The notes beneath the pieces are model-generated. The model was not told the DNA's origin and did no database searches. It saw nothing but the letters and a program-made list of their open reading frames with translations. From Chromera velia (Eukaryota), in contig JAHBMJ010000201.1 in assembly GCA_018398765.1 (NCBI GenBank), forward strand, positions 1 to 64,000: a stretch of 64,000 nt of DNA, in the 5' to 3' direction. Shown here piece by piece: positions 1 through 12,817 of the stretch. How positions within the stretch are numbered: the first letter of the stretch is position 1; every line of letters starts with the position of its first letter. The position numbers were made by a program, and so were the translations under genes.

Positions 1-1
1 T

Positions 2-35
<34 letters not shown>

Positions 36-60
36 ATGTATGTATGTGTGTGCATGTGTG

Positions 61-96
<36 letters not shown>

Positions 97-112
97 TGTG
101 TCTGTGGGTCTG

Positions 113-143
<31 letters not shown>

Positions 144-260
144 GTGTGTGTGTGTGTGTGCGGCTGTGTGTGCGTGCGGCTGTGTGTGTGTGTGTGTGTG
201 TGTGCGCGTGCGTTCCTTCCTTCCTTCGTTCCTTCCGTCGTTCCTCCGTTCCTTCGTGCG
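1..260. repeat. (TG)n/(TCTG)n/(TTCC)n microsatellite, probably intronic
   Basis: Repeat is directly visible; the C/V-rich ORFs over it are artefacts. Confidence 0.9.
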
Positions 261-388
261 TAAGGGCGTCCGACCGACGTGTATCCACCTTTTCGCCTCT
301 CTTAGTTGGCATGTCTTAGACGTGCTATATGAATAACTACACGTTGCAACCTCCGCCGTCTCATGGCTCGGATGTACCCTGTTTGCAG

Positions 389-484
389 AGCATGTTTGGA
401 CATGGCACAGACACGTATATCAATCTGAACCACGTGGGAGACCAGAAAGAGGCCCTTGTAGAATATGACCTCCCTCACTGGTGA
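389..484 (+). CDS. Probable terminal exon of a gene starting upstream of the window
   Basis: TTTGCAG acceptor, then open frame SMFGHGTDTYINLNHVGDQKEALVEYDLPHW*, followed by an AT-rich island. Confidence 0.4.
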   Translation, partial: SMFGHGTDTYINLNHVGDQKEALVEYDLPHW

Positions 485-769
485 AAACACGACACATTAC
501 GCAAAGAAACTGTAGCAAGATGTTTGAAATCTCCAGCGTGCAGACCTAGGTCCAGACGTTTGTAAAGTTTTTTATATTTTCATTCACCCAGTAATTCAGT
601 GGAATTCACCAACTTAAACCTAAAAATACATGATGGCGTGACGATGCGGCATTTTAGTAAAAAATGTTCAATCGTAACTTCGTATTAAATAAACTTGAAG
701 TTGCTAAGAATATGAAATAACGTCTATGTTAACTTGAAGCTCAAAGAACTTAAAAAAAAACTGTAGTAA

Positions 770-1213
770 CATGGAGATTTCCGTTACAAGGCTGAGGGGT
801 GTATAAAAGGTTGTTTCTTTCTAAGAAAGGCCTTCGCATCCATATAAGCAGACATGGAAAGCAGCTAACGAAGCCTTCCTGTGTCAAAAAAGAAATCACA
901 TGCAAAGCAGGGAAGGGTCTCCGAGAAGGAAAGCCTGGTGCTGGGGTGCCGTGTAAAGCAGATTTTGATAAAGTACCGGTACGGACGGGCCTGTGCAGTG
1001 ATGGGGCTGGCGCTATAAAGTAGCTTGACATGGGTGGCAGACTACCTCTCATGAATCAGCATCATTCATGTACAAGCATGCTGCTCCAGAAGTAAAAGAG
1101 TTTGAAAACAAGCATCCTGGTGCGTTGCTAGGTGCATTACCGCCAAACGTAAGACGCCTATTTATAGGCTGATGGCGATGGCGTATGATGATGAATGATT
1201 GATGATGATGATG
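770..1213 (+). mobile_element. Degenerate 3' fragment of a non-LTR retrotransposon (RTE-like)
   Basis: Frameshifted C2H2 finger FR(Y)KAEGC/KRLFLSKKGLRIHISRH; 3' hairpin GCCTAT-TT-ATAGGC; GCGATGGCGTA followed by a (TGA)n tail; the same 3' end recurs at 62328. Confidence 0.6.
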
Positions 1214-2182
1214 AGTAACATTCTACATAATCCTATAACATTCCAGTACACCCTGGCATGACCCTGCAAGTTTGAGTAATTTAGCCACCACTGAGTAATT
1301 TAGAAAAATTAATTTAACGTAGTAATTTAAAGTAATTTAGCATAATTTAAAGTAATTTAAAGCAGTAGACTAAAGTAATTTACTAGGTAATTTATGAAGT
1401 TAAATTACTAATTTTAGTCAAAGTAACTGTCAAATTCAGTGTCAAACTTTGGAGGCTAGTTTGAAGGTCAATTTCCGCGGTAAAGTAATAATAATAAAGA
1501 GTTCGACGTTCAAACTGGGACTGCTTATAAGTCTATATAGATGTACAGTCTTCTTCTCTGTTCCACTCATTTGAAAGGAGATAAGGTCTTATCTCTTCTC
1601 TTTTCTTCTTTTCTGTTCTTTTCTTTTCAGCTCTGCACATTTGCCGGCCTTTAATTTTGGGGCCTTCTTGGCATCCCAGCCAACAGCCCTGCACCCGTCA
1701 CAACATGTTTGTCATGCAACACCATGTCAATGAAACTCATCATTCAATTTCATGAACATGGCATGCATGCATCTGGACTGGTCGGACTGAGAAACTGAGA
1801 GTTGCCTTCGGTCCAGAGACCAACTAGGTCGGCTGCAAATCCGGTCTCACCTTCCACCCGCTTAAGATCTGAAAGCGAATGTGTCGGATTCGAGGGAAGA
1901 GTGCCAGTGAGAGAGTCAAAGAAGAACGCAAAGGGTTTAGATCTTTTTCGCACTTTGTCCTTTTTCTTCCCCCCCACTAAGGCTCCCTCTGACCCTTCAC
2001 TTTCTTTCTCATCCATCGACAGCCTTCTTGGACTTGCAGCTACAGAAAGGAAAGGGTCCATGCAGACCACCTCAACGACCGCTTCTCCAGCATCCCGCCC
2101 TTCTTCCTGTGCCCTCTTCATTTCAAAACCAACCTCCCCACTTTCACTTCCAAAGCCAAAAGACCGATCTAGAAACGGCCTA

Positions 2183-4495
2183 TCACCCAACCGTCTCCTT
2201 GCCGTCTCCATCTTGATCGTCGTCGTCCTCACTGTCTGTTCCTTTGTCTGCCTCCTTCGCCTTTTTTGTTGAGTCTTCCGCCTCACACTGCTTCATTCGA
2301 CGTTTTGTGGAGGTTTTCGGACTGCAAACAACGTTCACATTTGCAGAAAGAGAAAGATTGATACATTTGACGTCATGGAGGAGAACGTGCATGAAAGAAG
2401 AAGGTTGCACGTTCGAAAGTGAGCTGCTACATTGAGAGACATGCGCCTCCATAAACCGTCGTACACTTTGGACATGCACATTGAATTGTTTCTCCCTCCC
2501 TCCATATGCATGATCCCAGGCAGGCTTCATCTCCATCCAGACATACCTTGAGTCTGCCGTGGGAAGGCATATGGCCTTTCCTCTCACAGAGAACTTCCTC
2601 CCGCCGAACGCGCTGTCTGCCCTGATATGCGCCTTGAGCTTCGGTGAGGTATTCTTCTTCTGAATATGAATATTGAGAGAGGCGTCGATTCCCTCTTGTG
2701 ACATCGCGCTCACGATCTCCGTCTTGATATTTTCCTTGTGCCACTCAGAGGCCTGCCCGAAGAGATCTCCCAAGCAGACTTGCAGTTCCACCTTGGCCTG
2801 CAAAGGGAATGAATGAGAGGGGCCACGTTCACTCAAACCGCAGTGCAGACAAAAACAAACTAACCTCAGATGTAACATCGACCCCGAGGTTCAAAAATGC
2901 GCTGCGATATGGGTTGTGCTCACCTGCAACATATTCTGAAAATTGTTGCTCTACGAAAGGACATACAGAAGACACTGTACTGCAGATTGTCGCAAAAATT
3001 CACGAAAAGACTTCGATGGCATGTAAATCATCCGATCACATGATGGATGAGAGAATGCGAAGACCTTTTCCGGGTCAGAACAAATTAAGATTGTGTTGGC
3101 ATGCAAAAACGACCACATAGGACTATGAAAACTAAGACCCAAAGGAGACGACAAGAACCTCGCAGACGCAAAGACGGACACTCAGCTACGGGATTCATAC
3201 TTTGTGGTATGTATTCACATATGAGAGGCTCTGATATCGATGTCTAGACCTCCCCTGGGGGCCACCCATCCCTTGGAAGCGCAGCCCAATTTCGCTGAGC
3301 GCATCAACTGCAGATGTGAAGCCCCCCCCATGTTCTGCGGTGCGTTCGTGTGAGCATGAGTGTGAGCGTGCGAGAATGACAAGAGATAGGGTGAATGTCT
3401 TGAAGAGACCGAAAGAGGCAGAGCAATTATTAAAGGAAAGAAAGGGCAAGGTCCTCGTTGTGTTTGTTGTTCTTTCAGCCCGCGTGCAGATTCGACATCG
3501 CCGTTCTTGGTCCGCTGCGACCCGAAGAGATGATGCCAGTCTCCTGCACACAGAAGATAAGACAAGCAGAAGGGAGCAAGAAAGCAAGTCACCATAGCAG
3601 GCATGCGTCCCCACCGGTGTCGATTCCTTTGCCACGTCTGGCATGGTCATCGAGGTTCTGTTGTGATTGTTCACGCGCTGCAAGCAGCAGAGTTGTCCCA
3701 GACGTACATACAGTTTCTCAACAGCAGATCACACAATCCTGCCAAAGAGTGTAAGCTCCTACGAGGAATAAATGCACAAGGATGCAATTGAGGGCACTCT
3801 ACAAAAAGCTGTGTGGAGTTCTTGCTTATTCATGCGGGCAATCCATCTCGCGGAAACTTTAGCCATGCAGAACAGGCGTGCAAAAGCAGACAGAGGTTGA
3901 TGTATTGCAGAACTTTGAAAAAAAAAAGAAAAATGCAATTTTTGCAAGGGCAGACTTCGATTGCATACAAACGGATCGATCGACTGATTGTCAATGACAC
4001 GCTGACAAACAAGGCAGAGAACTTCAAGGTCAGATGGATGGACAAACAGAGAGTCAGGCAACCGAAAAAATGATATCCAATAAACGAACGGAGGCATGAA
4101 CCAACCCGAGTCTGTTTTCCGAGTTTCTTTCGCTCTGTCTCCCCGTTAAAAGCACTCTCCGCAGTCGTTTGAGACAACCTCTCAAAATCCTGCAAGAAAG
4201 AAAGAAAGAAAGAAAGAAAGAGAGAAAAAAAAAATGAAAAAATGAATGAATGAATGAATGAATGAATGAATGGATGGAAGGAAGGAAGGAAGAAAGGAAA
4301 GAAGGAAGGAAGGAAGGAAGGAAGGAAAGAACGAAAGGAGGAATGAAGGAAGGAAGGAATGAAGGAAGGGAAACAAGAAAAACATGAAAGAAAGAAACAA
4401 AAATACAAAAAAAGAAAGAACAACAAAAAAGGATGCTTTGAGAAGCGGAGTGAAGTACACAGAGCACTGCATGGAACCTCATCGATCGAATTCAT
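2183..4495 (-). CDS. Hypothetical multi-exon protein; internal exons unresolved
   Basis: Coding-like segments MNSIDE|DFERLSQTTAE..., AKVELQVCLGDLFG...EAHVSQ and an acidic/basic tail ending KETVG*, bounded by CAG acceptors. Confidence 0.35.
4195..4430. repeat. Compound (GAAA)n/(GAAT)n/(GAAG)n microsatellite
   Basis: Directly visible. Confidence 0.9.
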
Positions 4496-4733
4496 TTTTC
4501 ACACACTCTCCATTTAATTTGTTAGATGCCTGATGCGCATGCACAGCTAGATATCAAACAGTAACTGTTCACGCGAATGAACGCAGATCAAAGAGGGGAA
4601 AAATGTGCGGAGCACGAAAAGTTTGTACACTTTTCTCGAGATTTCACATGTGTCTTATCGTGCTGAGCGTTAAAAATGCTACGGGCTGCTTTACCGCCAG
4701 CCCCTGTCTCTCTGCATGCGTCGACAACTTGTG

Positions 4734-5880
4734 TCATATTGATGCATTGACCGCTTGACAGGCTGATTGACTATTTCGTGGTCGATATGACTGACATGTT
4801 ATGCAAGCTGCGGCTACTTGCTCACTGGTTGCCAGTGGCTGACCAACCTTGAGCGAGTAGATCTTCATCTTTTGTCCTTCAAGAAGCGCGCCAGAAGCCT
4901 CGAGACCCTTCCGATAGCCTTCGAGAGTGCGAAAGGTAACATGCGCAAGTCTGCAGACACACACAAATGGATAGAAAGACAAAAGCGTCATCTCCTTTTG
5001 AGATTCCTGGGGTAGCTCCTCAAATCGGTTATTCTTCTGTTACTCACTGCAATTGTGGACATCATCTTTCCTTTCCTTCTCTCCTTTTTCCGCCTAGACA
5101 GAACAGACATACAGAGAGAGACATACAGGGATAGAGAAAGAGACATAGATAGAGCAAGAGGCAAAGACACAGAGAGGCAGAGACAGGCAGAGAAGAAGTG
5201 AGACGGACACACACACAAACTGGCAAAAAGACAGAGTGTCTGAGACTTACAGACAAAACGGAAAGCACACAGCAAAAACACATGCGGAGCAATCGGAAAA
5301 TGAAACAATGGAACACACTCACACACACCCCTCACATGCCCTTTTGAAATTCCAGAATTTCTGTCTCTGTCAAGTTTAATGTCTACGACGCTGCCCTTTC
5401 CAGGTCTTCCCTCTCCCTGCAAGCAATTAAGGCAGTCAGCAATCAGAAAGACAGCACAATGGTGGCAAAATGTCGACACAACAGCCGAAAGAGGATGAGT
5501 ATTCACTCTCCACTGCATGGCCATCGGGACAGTGACGCTGATCATACTTGAATTCCACCTGTGCGACAGGAAACAAATTGAGAATGGGCAAAACAAGAAT
5601 TAGATGTAAATTTGAGAGCCAAAGTGCATGAACCTACTTTTGAGAAAAAATCGAAAATCTTTTTTTCGTCCACGTGTACAGGTAGCTTTGGCAGCACAAC
5701 CCTCGTGGTGGTGGGATCGGTGCACAGCTGGGCAAGATCCGCTCCCTGCAAAAAAGAGACGTAGAATAGTGGAAGAAGGCTTTCGGGAAAGACATAGGGA
5801 AAACGAATTCACCCAAGAAAGCACATAGATCGGTACGGGATCGATCTTCACAACCTCATGCAGTGTGGTATGCAGCGCTT
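4734..5880 (-). CDS. RRM-domain RNA-binding protein; 5' end unresolved, probably about 6100-6400
   Basis: Spliced RVVLPKLPVHVDEKKIFDFFSK|GEGRPGKGSVVDIKLDRDRNSGISKG|LAHVTFRTLEGYRKGL, with RNP2 and RNP1 (SKGLAHVTF); needs a GC donor at 5339. Confidence 0.75.
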
Positions 5881-6461
5881 GTTTCAAATGAAAGCGTGAG
5901 TGAAAAAGAGCCACCGAGACGTGAAAAGAAACTAGCAAAAAAAGAGCCACAGAACATAGATGTGCAAAGAAACTAGCAAAGAAAAAAGGGAATCGAACAG
6001 CTTTGAGAGATACAAAGGAAGGTCATCAGACAATACAAAGACACCCTAGTATGTCGAAAATGCATTTTTTGACTCACATTACCAACAATCCATGCATGCC
6101 GGAAATCATGAATGCATGTGAAAGAGGACGCGTCGACTGTCTGGACCGACTGCTTTCCATTCACTTCTGTCCGTCTAAATTTCCCAAATTCTGAATCCCG
6201 CTGAAACCGGCCTGTTTGCTAAATGAATGCAAAAATTTAAACTGCAGACCAACCGCAGACGCCTTGAGTCCGTTCGAGTTGGGGCACTGCCTTCGAACAA
6301 AGAGATCGGCGAATCCTGCTGGTTTGAAAAAGACCACGGTGACAAAGGATAAAGACAAACACAGGGTGCGATCAAGATCCGGAACCAGACGACACAAATA
6401 AAGCAATGAAATCAAAGAAATAAAGACCAGTGATCACAAGACATTGAAACAACCAAGGTGA

Positions 6462-6604
6462 TTACAAGTGGTGCATGATGGATGGTCCATGATCTAGAGA
6501 GATGAAGAGAGAGCGGGAAAGGTACGAGACGTTTACACGTCAATTAAGGGAAGCATTCCAGACAGATTACAGCTAGACAGACTATATGGTTTCTTTCCCT
6601 CCTC

Positions 6605-6636
<32 letters not shown>

Positions 6637-6834
6637 TGACAGACAGACAGACAGACAGACAGACTGAGAGACAGACACATAGACAGACAGACAGACACGC
6701 AGACAGACACACAGACTATACGTTTCTTTTTTTCTCTTCCTCCTATTCTTCATGTACACAATGAACAAAAAGGAAAGAAAAAACAAACAAAGACAGAGAG
6801 ATAAACAGACACACACACACACACACACGCACAC

Positions 6835-6874
<40 letters not shown>

Positions 6875-7722
6875 AGACAGACGGACAGACAGACTGTATG
6901 TTTCTTCTTCTCCCTCCTTTTCTTCAGACAGACAGCTAGATTGACAGACTGACTGACTGACTAACTAACAGACAGACTATATGTTTCTTTTTCTCCCTCT
7001 TTTTCTTCATGAACACTGACAGACAGAGAGACAGACAGACAGATAGACAGATAGATAGACCTAGAAACAGACCATATGGCAGACAGACAGACACACTATA
7101 TGTTTCTTCTTCTCCCTTCTTTTCTTCATGTACATAGCAGACAGCCACACAGAGAGACAGAGAGAGAAAGAAACAGATAAGCTTTCTGTTTCTTTTTTTC
7201 TCTCCCACTGGCAGAAAGACAGACAGGCAGGCAGACACTGTCAGGCAGTCTGCGACAGACAGAGAGACAGACAGACCGACAGGCAGACGCACTGTGACAT
7301 ACAGACAGGCAGAAAGGTAGACAGAAAGACGGAAAGACAGACAGGTAGCCACGTAGCCAAACAGCCAAGCAGCTAGAAAGACAATCTGTTTCTGTTTTTC
7401 TCTTCATGCTAGACAGACGGGTATACAGACAGAAAGACTGACAGACGAACCATATGTTTCTTTTTTCTCTCCCTCCTTCTGACAGACAGAAAGACTATAT
7501 CGTCTCTTCTTCACAGAGGGACAGACAGACTATGTGTTTCTTTTTATTCTTCTCCCTCCTTTTCTATGGGCAGACAAACACACAGACATACATACAGACA
7601 GGCAGACAGGTCGAAAGGTAGACAGACTATATCGTGACGGTCTTTTCTTAGACAGACAGACTATATGTTTCTTCTTCTGCCTTCTTTCTATCATGTACAT
7701 ACATACATACATACATACATTC

Positions 7723-7762
<40 letters not shown>

Positions 7763-9465
7763 CAGACAGGTAGACAGGCAGGGAGGCAGGCCGGCAGACG
7801 GACGGGCAGATGGGCAGACAGGTCTTCTTCTTTTTTTCAGTTTTTTGTTTCTTCTTTTCGTCTCCTTTCACTGACTGTGATGATGGATGAGCTTCCATTT
7901 CTTTCTTCCTCTCTCCCTATTTTTCTTCTCGTTTCATTACTTCTTTTGGCAAGACAGACAGACAGATAGACAGACGATAATCTTGTTCTTTCTTTTGTAC
8001 GCAATGCTGCTTACCCTGCATTCTGTCTGTCTTCTCTCCATATGAGACACATAAATGTGCATCAGATAACTGGGTGTTGCATGCATGTACCCCGTGTTCT
8101 TTTTTTTTTGTTCTTTACGTACCGGCAGCTTTGTTGAAGTGGTGCTGGTTCACGACAATGTCCACTGACTCTTCGGCCTCCTCAGTGTCCACCTGGTCTC
8201 GTAAGCCGGCGATGAGGGCTTCCGTGCAGATCTTTTGCAGATCTGCCCCCTGCAAACAAAAAGGGGAAGAAAGAGGCCCCATGATCAGAGGCAGACATTC
8301 TATCCGAGACCATCCAAGTTACAGCCAAGTTGTCATCATCCACCTACTGAACTTTTTGTCTGATGGTCAAAATCTGCCTCTCGCAGCCGAGCGTCCCGTT
8401 CTCTGTCTCTTTTTCGCGCGCTGTCGCGATTTTTTCCTTGTTCTTCTGTACATGTTGTGTCTGCTTGGTATATTTCATTCGTGTCGACACGATTCTGATT
8501 CTGATTCGACTGACTGAGAGGCCCCTTGTCCTTTGAGCGATGTCTTGCAGCTTGACGTTGCCTTGCAGCTTCATGTGTGCGGTGTGCAGCTTCAAGATGG
8601 CCAGACGCTCGTCGTAGTCGGGAAAACCCATCGAGATTTTGTGTTCGAAGCAGTCTGCAGAGAAAAGAGCGAGAGGGGTGAGGTATCCTGATCAATGGAA
8701 AAAAAACCAATTTGATTGACTGAAAAAAGTAAGAAAACACTGGAATGACCATCTGTCACACACGGTGAATGCGGTCAACGTCGACAATTACGGACAAGTA
8801 AGGGCCTGGTATGGTAATAAGAGTGCAGCCACAGCACCGCTGCTAGGCACCGCTGCGACGGGGAATTAATAGAATCGAAAAATCATGATCGTTGACATGG
8901 AAAGCATGCAGAATCAGAAAGCAAACCCGGGCAGAAAGAGAGGGGACAGAGAGCTTCGTGTGTATGATCGGAGCCGAAGCAGACAAGCAAGCTGACTCAG
9001 GATTCGAGAGTCCAGCAGTCTTGGTCTATTCGTTGCCGAAATTATAGCCACTTTGTGGTCTCGGCCTCGGAGAAGAGAGAACAGTGCTGTCTTTGTTTGA
9101 TTTTCGGAGAGAGAGAGGTTTTTCGTTCCCTCTTTGTCCCTCGCAAGTGCTTCGATGTCATCAATGAAAACAACAGACGGCGCATGTTCTTTCGCATTTT
9201 TGAAGAAAAGTTTTAGATTCTCCGCGCTGTCTCCAACCAGAAGATCTGCAGCTGTCGTCGCAAAGGTGGTGATCCTGCTTGTCTGCTCGCTGAGGACTTT
9301 CTGTATCATTGTTGTTTTCCCCACACCCGAGGGACCCATGACCAGAAAAGTCCTTTTACTGTTCAGGCCAGAGAAGCCGCTACGACCTAACACCCCCACC
9401 TTTTCCCTCAGCATGTCCAGCTGCCGAGAGTACCCAGCAAAACCCCCCCGTCTTTCACACGCCAC
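6462..9465 (-). CDS. Single-domain AAA+ ATPase resembling CDC48/p97 D1, with degenerate catalytic motifs; 5' exon unresolved
   Basis: Exons ~9465-8997, 8654-8515, 8249-8123, 6493-6462; Walker A GPSGVGKT, Walker B VVFIDD, ISATNRP, PDYDERLAIL, GLSGADLQKICTEA, HFNKAADHGPS. Confidence 0.8.
6570..7990. repeat. Intronic compound repeat: (CAGA)n interspersed with ~10 copies of a GACAGACTATATGTTTC-polypyrimidine unit
   Basis: Lies inside the last AAA intron; related units at 12437-12535. Confidence 0.8.
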
Positions 9466-10277
9466 CTATGAGGGTATGTCTGCCAGTGGTTTCCTCTCTC
9501 CTTCACTATGCGGATGTGTTGTTTATTGTCCGTTCTCTGCGTTTGTATGATCAAACAAGGAGGCACTGCGGAGACGGAGAGGTTGAAGGGGAGGATGAAG
9601 AAGAAATGAAGAACAAGGAGAACCTTGATAAGAATTCAGCACTGGAAGGCATGAAGGAGGCAAGAGGAAGCTAGAAGAATCGGAACCTCCGTGGGTCATG
9701 GGTTTGTTCGATCTTTCACCTGTGTAAATCTGTATGCATGTATATATATATATATATGCCTCTTTCTAATCTAATTATTAATATAAGTTTTGTATAAGTT
9801 TTGTTAATTGTTTCTTCATTCATAGAATTCTCATACATGCATGCATGCAGACACATGTATGCAGGGCGATTCGCAAAGCGCGCGCGGACTCAAGTGCATG
9901 ATAGTGCATGGGCCCCGGCAATGCATGATGCCGCCTGTACACGTGTCGTGCATGATTCTTGAATACCACAATATACCACACAATCGACTCACTTTCATTC
10001 GCCTTCGTTGATGCTGTATCGCCATGGGTTGGTAGAACAGGTTTCAGTAGCACGAGGAACAAACTTAAGGGAACTCTTGTCGCTCCCAAGCTTCTGCAAA
10101 ACAACAGCGCATTGTGCTACCCGCAGAGACGCCGCGGTGCGTCGGGTAACAACACAACTGCCATTGCTGCACCGCGATTGGAACGCCGAAGTCAACTGAG
10201 CAGAGCCTTTATTGTGGCTACCTGCAGCCACAGATTGTGTTTGCATCTAGTTGTTCTCGAGCAGAGGAAGGGGAGCA

Positions 10278-11800
10278 ATGCCTCAGTCTGGTGGTAGTCC
10301 GATCGTGCGTCGGCCCCATCTCTTCTGGATAGATGTGGTCAGGTTCTTTGCAGTGGTGTCCGTGATGTGTGGACACTGGAGTGACACGGTGCAGAGAATC
10401 AACGGAAGCGATCGATTCGAGGACCTCATGGAGAAGGATGCAGAGATGAGGCTGAGAAGGGCACGATCCGTCGGAAGTCAATGGACGCTCCCACTGTTGT
10501 TCTATGTATCTGGTCAGTCCATTTCCTTTCCTATAATCTCCTCTCTCTCTTGGTCTCGTCGACCTCGTGACTTACTTCTCTGTCGATGGTCGGGTGTGGG
10601 ATCCAAAGGCAAGGTAGATGGTGTGTAGTGGTGATAAAACTCTTTGTGTGGGAGGTTCCTCGGGTGTTGTCCCTGCTGTCCGACACCGTGTTCACACGCA
10701 CCTCGACATCTTCAGGCGCACTGCCCCTGTGTCTGTGTATCTATCTGTGTGTCTGCATGCAGGGTTGGTGCACGGTTTCTCTGTGAAGAAGACAACGTTC
10801 CCCCAGTACCTCCTGACCAGATCATGGAGACTCCTCCTTCCACTGATTGTCGGCTGGGTCCTCTACGTCTACCCTCTGCTGTGGCTGTTTAGGGACTTCT
10901 ACTACGAGGCGGAAGTCCTCAAAGAGGCCTCCAACTTCTTCACGGGACTCAGCCAGATCCCCAAACTGATACTCAGACCCGGGCCCATGTACCTCTGGTT
11001 CCTCATTGCAATCTGGGTCATGGGTTTCATCAATCACCTCTACTTCCGGTGCGTTGCGTTGGTGACTGCGGACCTTGATCGTGGAGACGGGAATAAAAGT
11101 CTCTGGCGGTTCGGAGTCGGTATGTCTCTTGTGCTTGTGTTCCTGTCCTCTGCCGTGATTCAGTACAAAGTGATTGATCCCGGCAGGCAGGACAAGGAGG
11201 TGGGCCTAGTGCTCTCTCTGTATCTGTTCGCGGTTCCGTACGTGTCCGCGTTTGGTGTAGCGCTGTGGTACTGTCAGAAGAAGGGGCAGCCTGTCCCTGG
11301 GTGGCTGGGTCCACTGATTGTTGCTCAGCAGGTCGCTCTGGGGACTTGGCACGGGGGCGTGGCTTTCCATCTGAGTGACGTCGAAATGCATAAGTAAGCA
11401 GAGGGGGAGGGGATGTATGTGTGTCCGCCTCCATGGCTGGCTGGCTGGGTGGCTGGTGGGTGGGGAACTTTTCTGCGCTTGCCACAGATTATTGTGAAAC
11501 AAGAAGAACCAGGTAGCAGAAAGAACCCTTCCAGAGTGCCTTTCTGTTTCTCTCTCTCTTCGCGTGCGCGACAAAATGTCCGTGAAAATCAATGCCCATG
11601 AGTCATGCACCAGAGAAGCAATTCGAAACGGGAGAAGGACAAATTCTCTCTCTCCCCTATGTCTTCGTCCCCCCTTGTACACTCTCTCCCCTCCTGTGAT
11701 GTGCGCATGCTTGCCTGACCTTCCCCCGCCCCTTTGTCTTTTTTCCCTTTTCTTCTCATCTCTCTCTCTCTCTTTCTCTCTCTCTGTCTCTCTCTTTCTC

Positions 11801-11837
<37 letters not shown>

Positions 11838-12766
11838 TGGTCGGATGCTGTCTGCCTGCTTGCAGATTCGTTCTCTTCAACAGTTTTTACTTCCAGGGCT
11901 TCATCGACGAGGCTTTCCTTGAAGAGACGTGTGCCTTTTTTGCCTCCCCCAAATCCTGCTTCCTCCACGCTGCCCTGGTGGTGGCCTTCGTCTTCTCATG
12001 CCCCTTGATGGCGTTAGGAATGGTTGACGATGAACTACACCAGCCGCGGTACTATCTGGCGTTCCCGGGGGGGCACTCCATTGAGCAGTCGGGGTATGAC
12101 ATGGCGATGTCATGGCTGTGGATCTACATATGGACCATCCTTGCTAGAGTTTTGTTTGCAGAACCTCAGCTCTCACGTCGTCAGATGGAGGTATTTGGGA
12201 AAACAGCCTACATCCTGTACCTGTCCCACTGGGTCTTCCTTCTTCTGCTCACCCGCACAGTGGTGATGCGTTTGCAGAGAGTCTTCTCAACTGAAGAGGA
12301 GACCTTTGTGTGGCCCTTCTTTGCGAATCTGTTCTTCACTCTCCCGACAGTCATTTTGATCGCCTTCCTACAGGTCTGTCTGCCTGCCTGCCTGCCTGTC
12401 TGTCTGTCTGTCTGTAAAAAAAGTGAAGTGAAGAAAAGACGATATAGTCTGTCCGTCTATTGTGTTCATGAAGAAAAGGAGGAGGAAGAAGAAACTTATA
12501 GTCTGTCCGTCTGAAAAGACGATATAGTCTGTCGGTGTGTTTTAGTGAGGCGTGGGAGTCTCTCTCTTCTGAGATCAGACGTCAAAGACTAAAAGAGAAA
12601 ACAGAAGAAGAAGAAGAAGGTGAGGTCGGGACCAGAGAATCATAATCGTACAAACAGACTCATCCTGAGCACCAGGTTGCGCACATTCCCCTCTCAATGT
12701 CTCCCTGCCCGCGGCACCCAGGGAATTGGGAAATTTGGGGAGATCTTCTTGACGCGCGCGCGCACA

Positions 12767-12817
<51 letters not shown>

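Noticed and set aside
6..336. C/V-, S/L- and R/E-rich ORFs here and at 3830-4495, 6544-7898, 24369-25118 and 48304-48959
   Set aside because: Translations of microsatellites
1750..2286. Overlapping 178-aa and 156-aa ORFs on opposite strands
   Set aside because: Low-complexity with no motif; cannot decide whether either is coding
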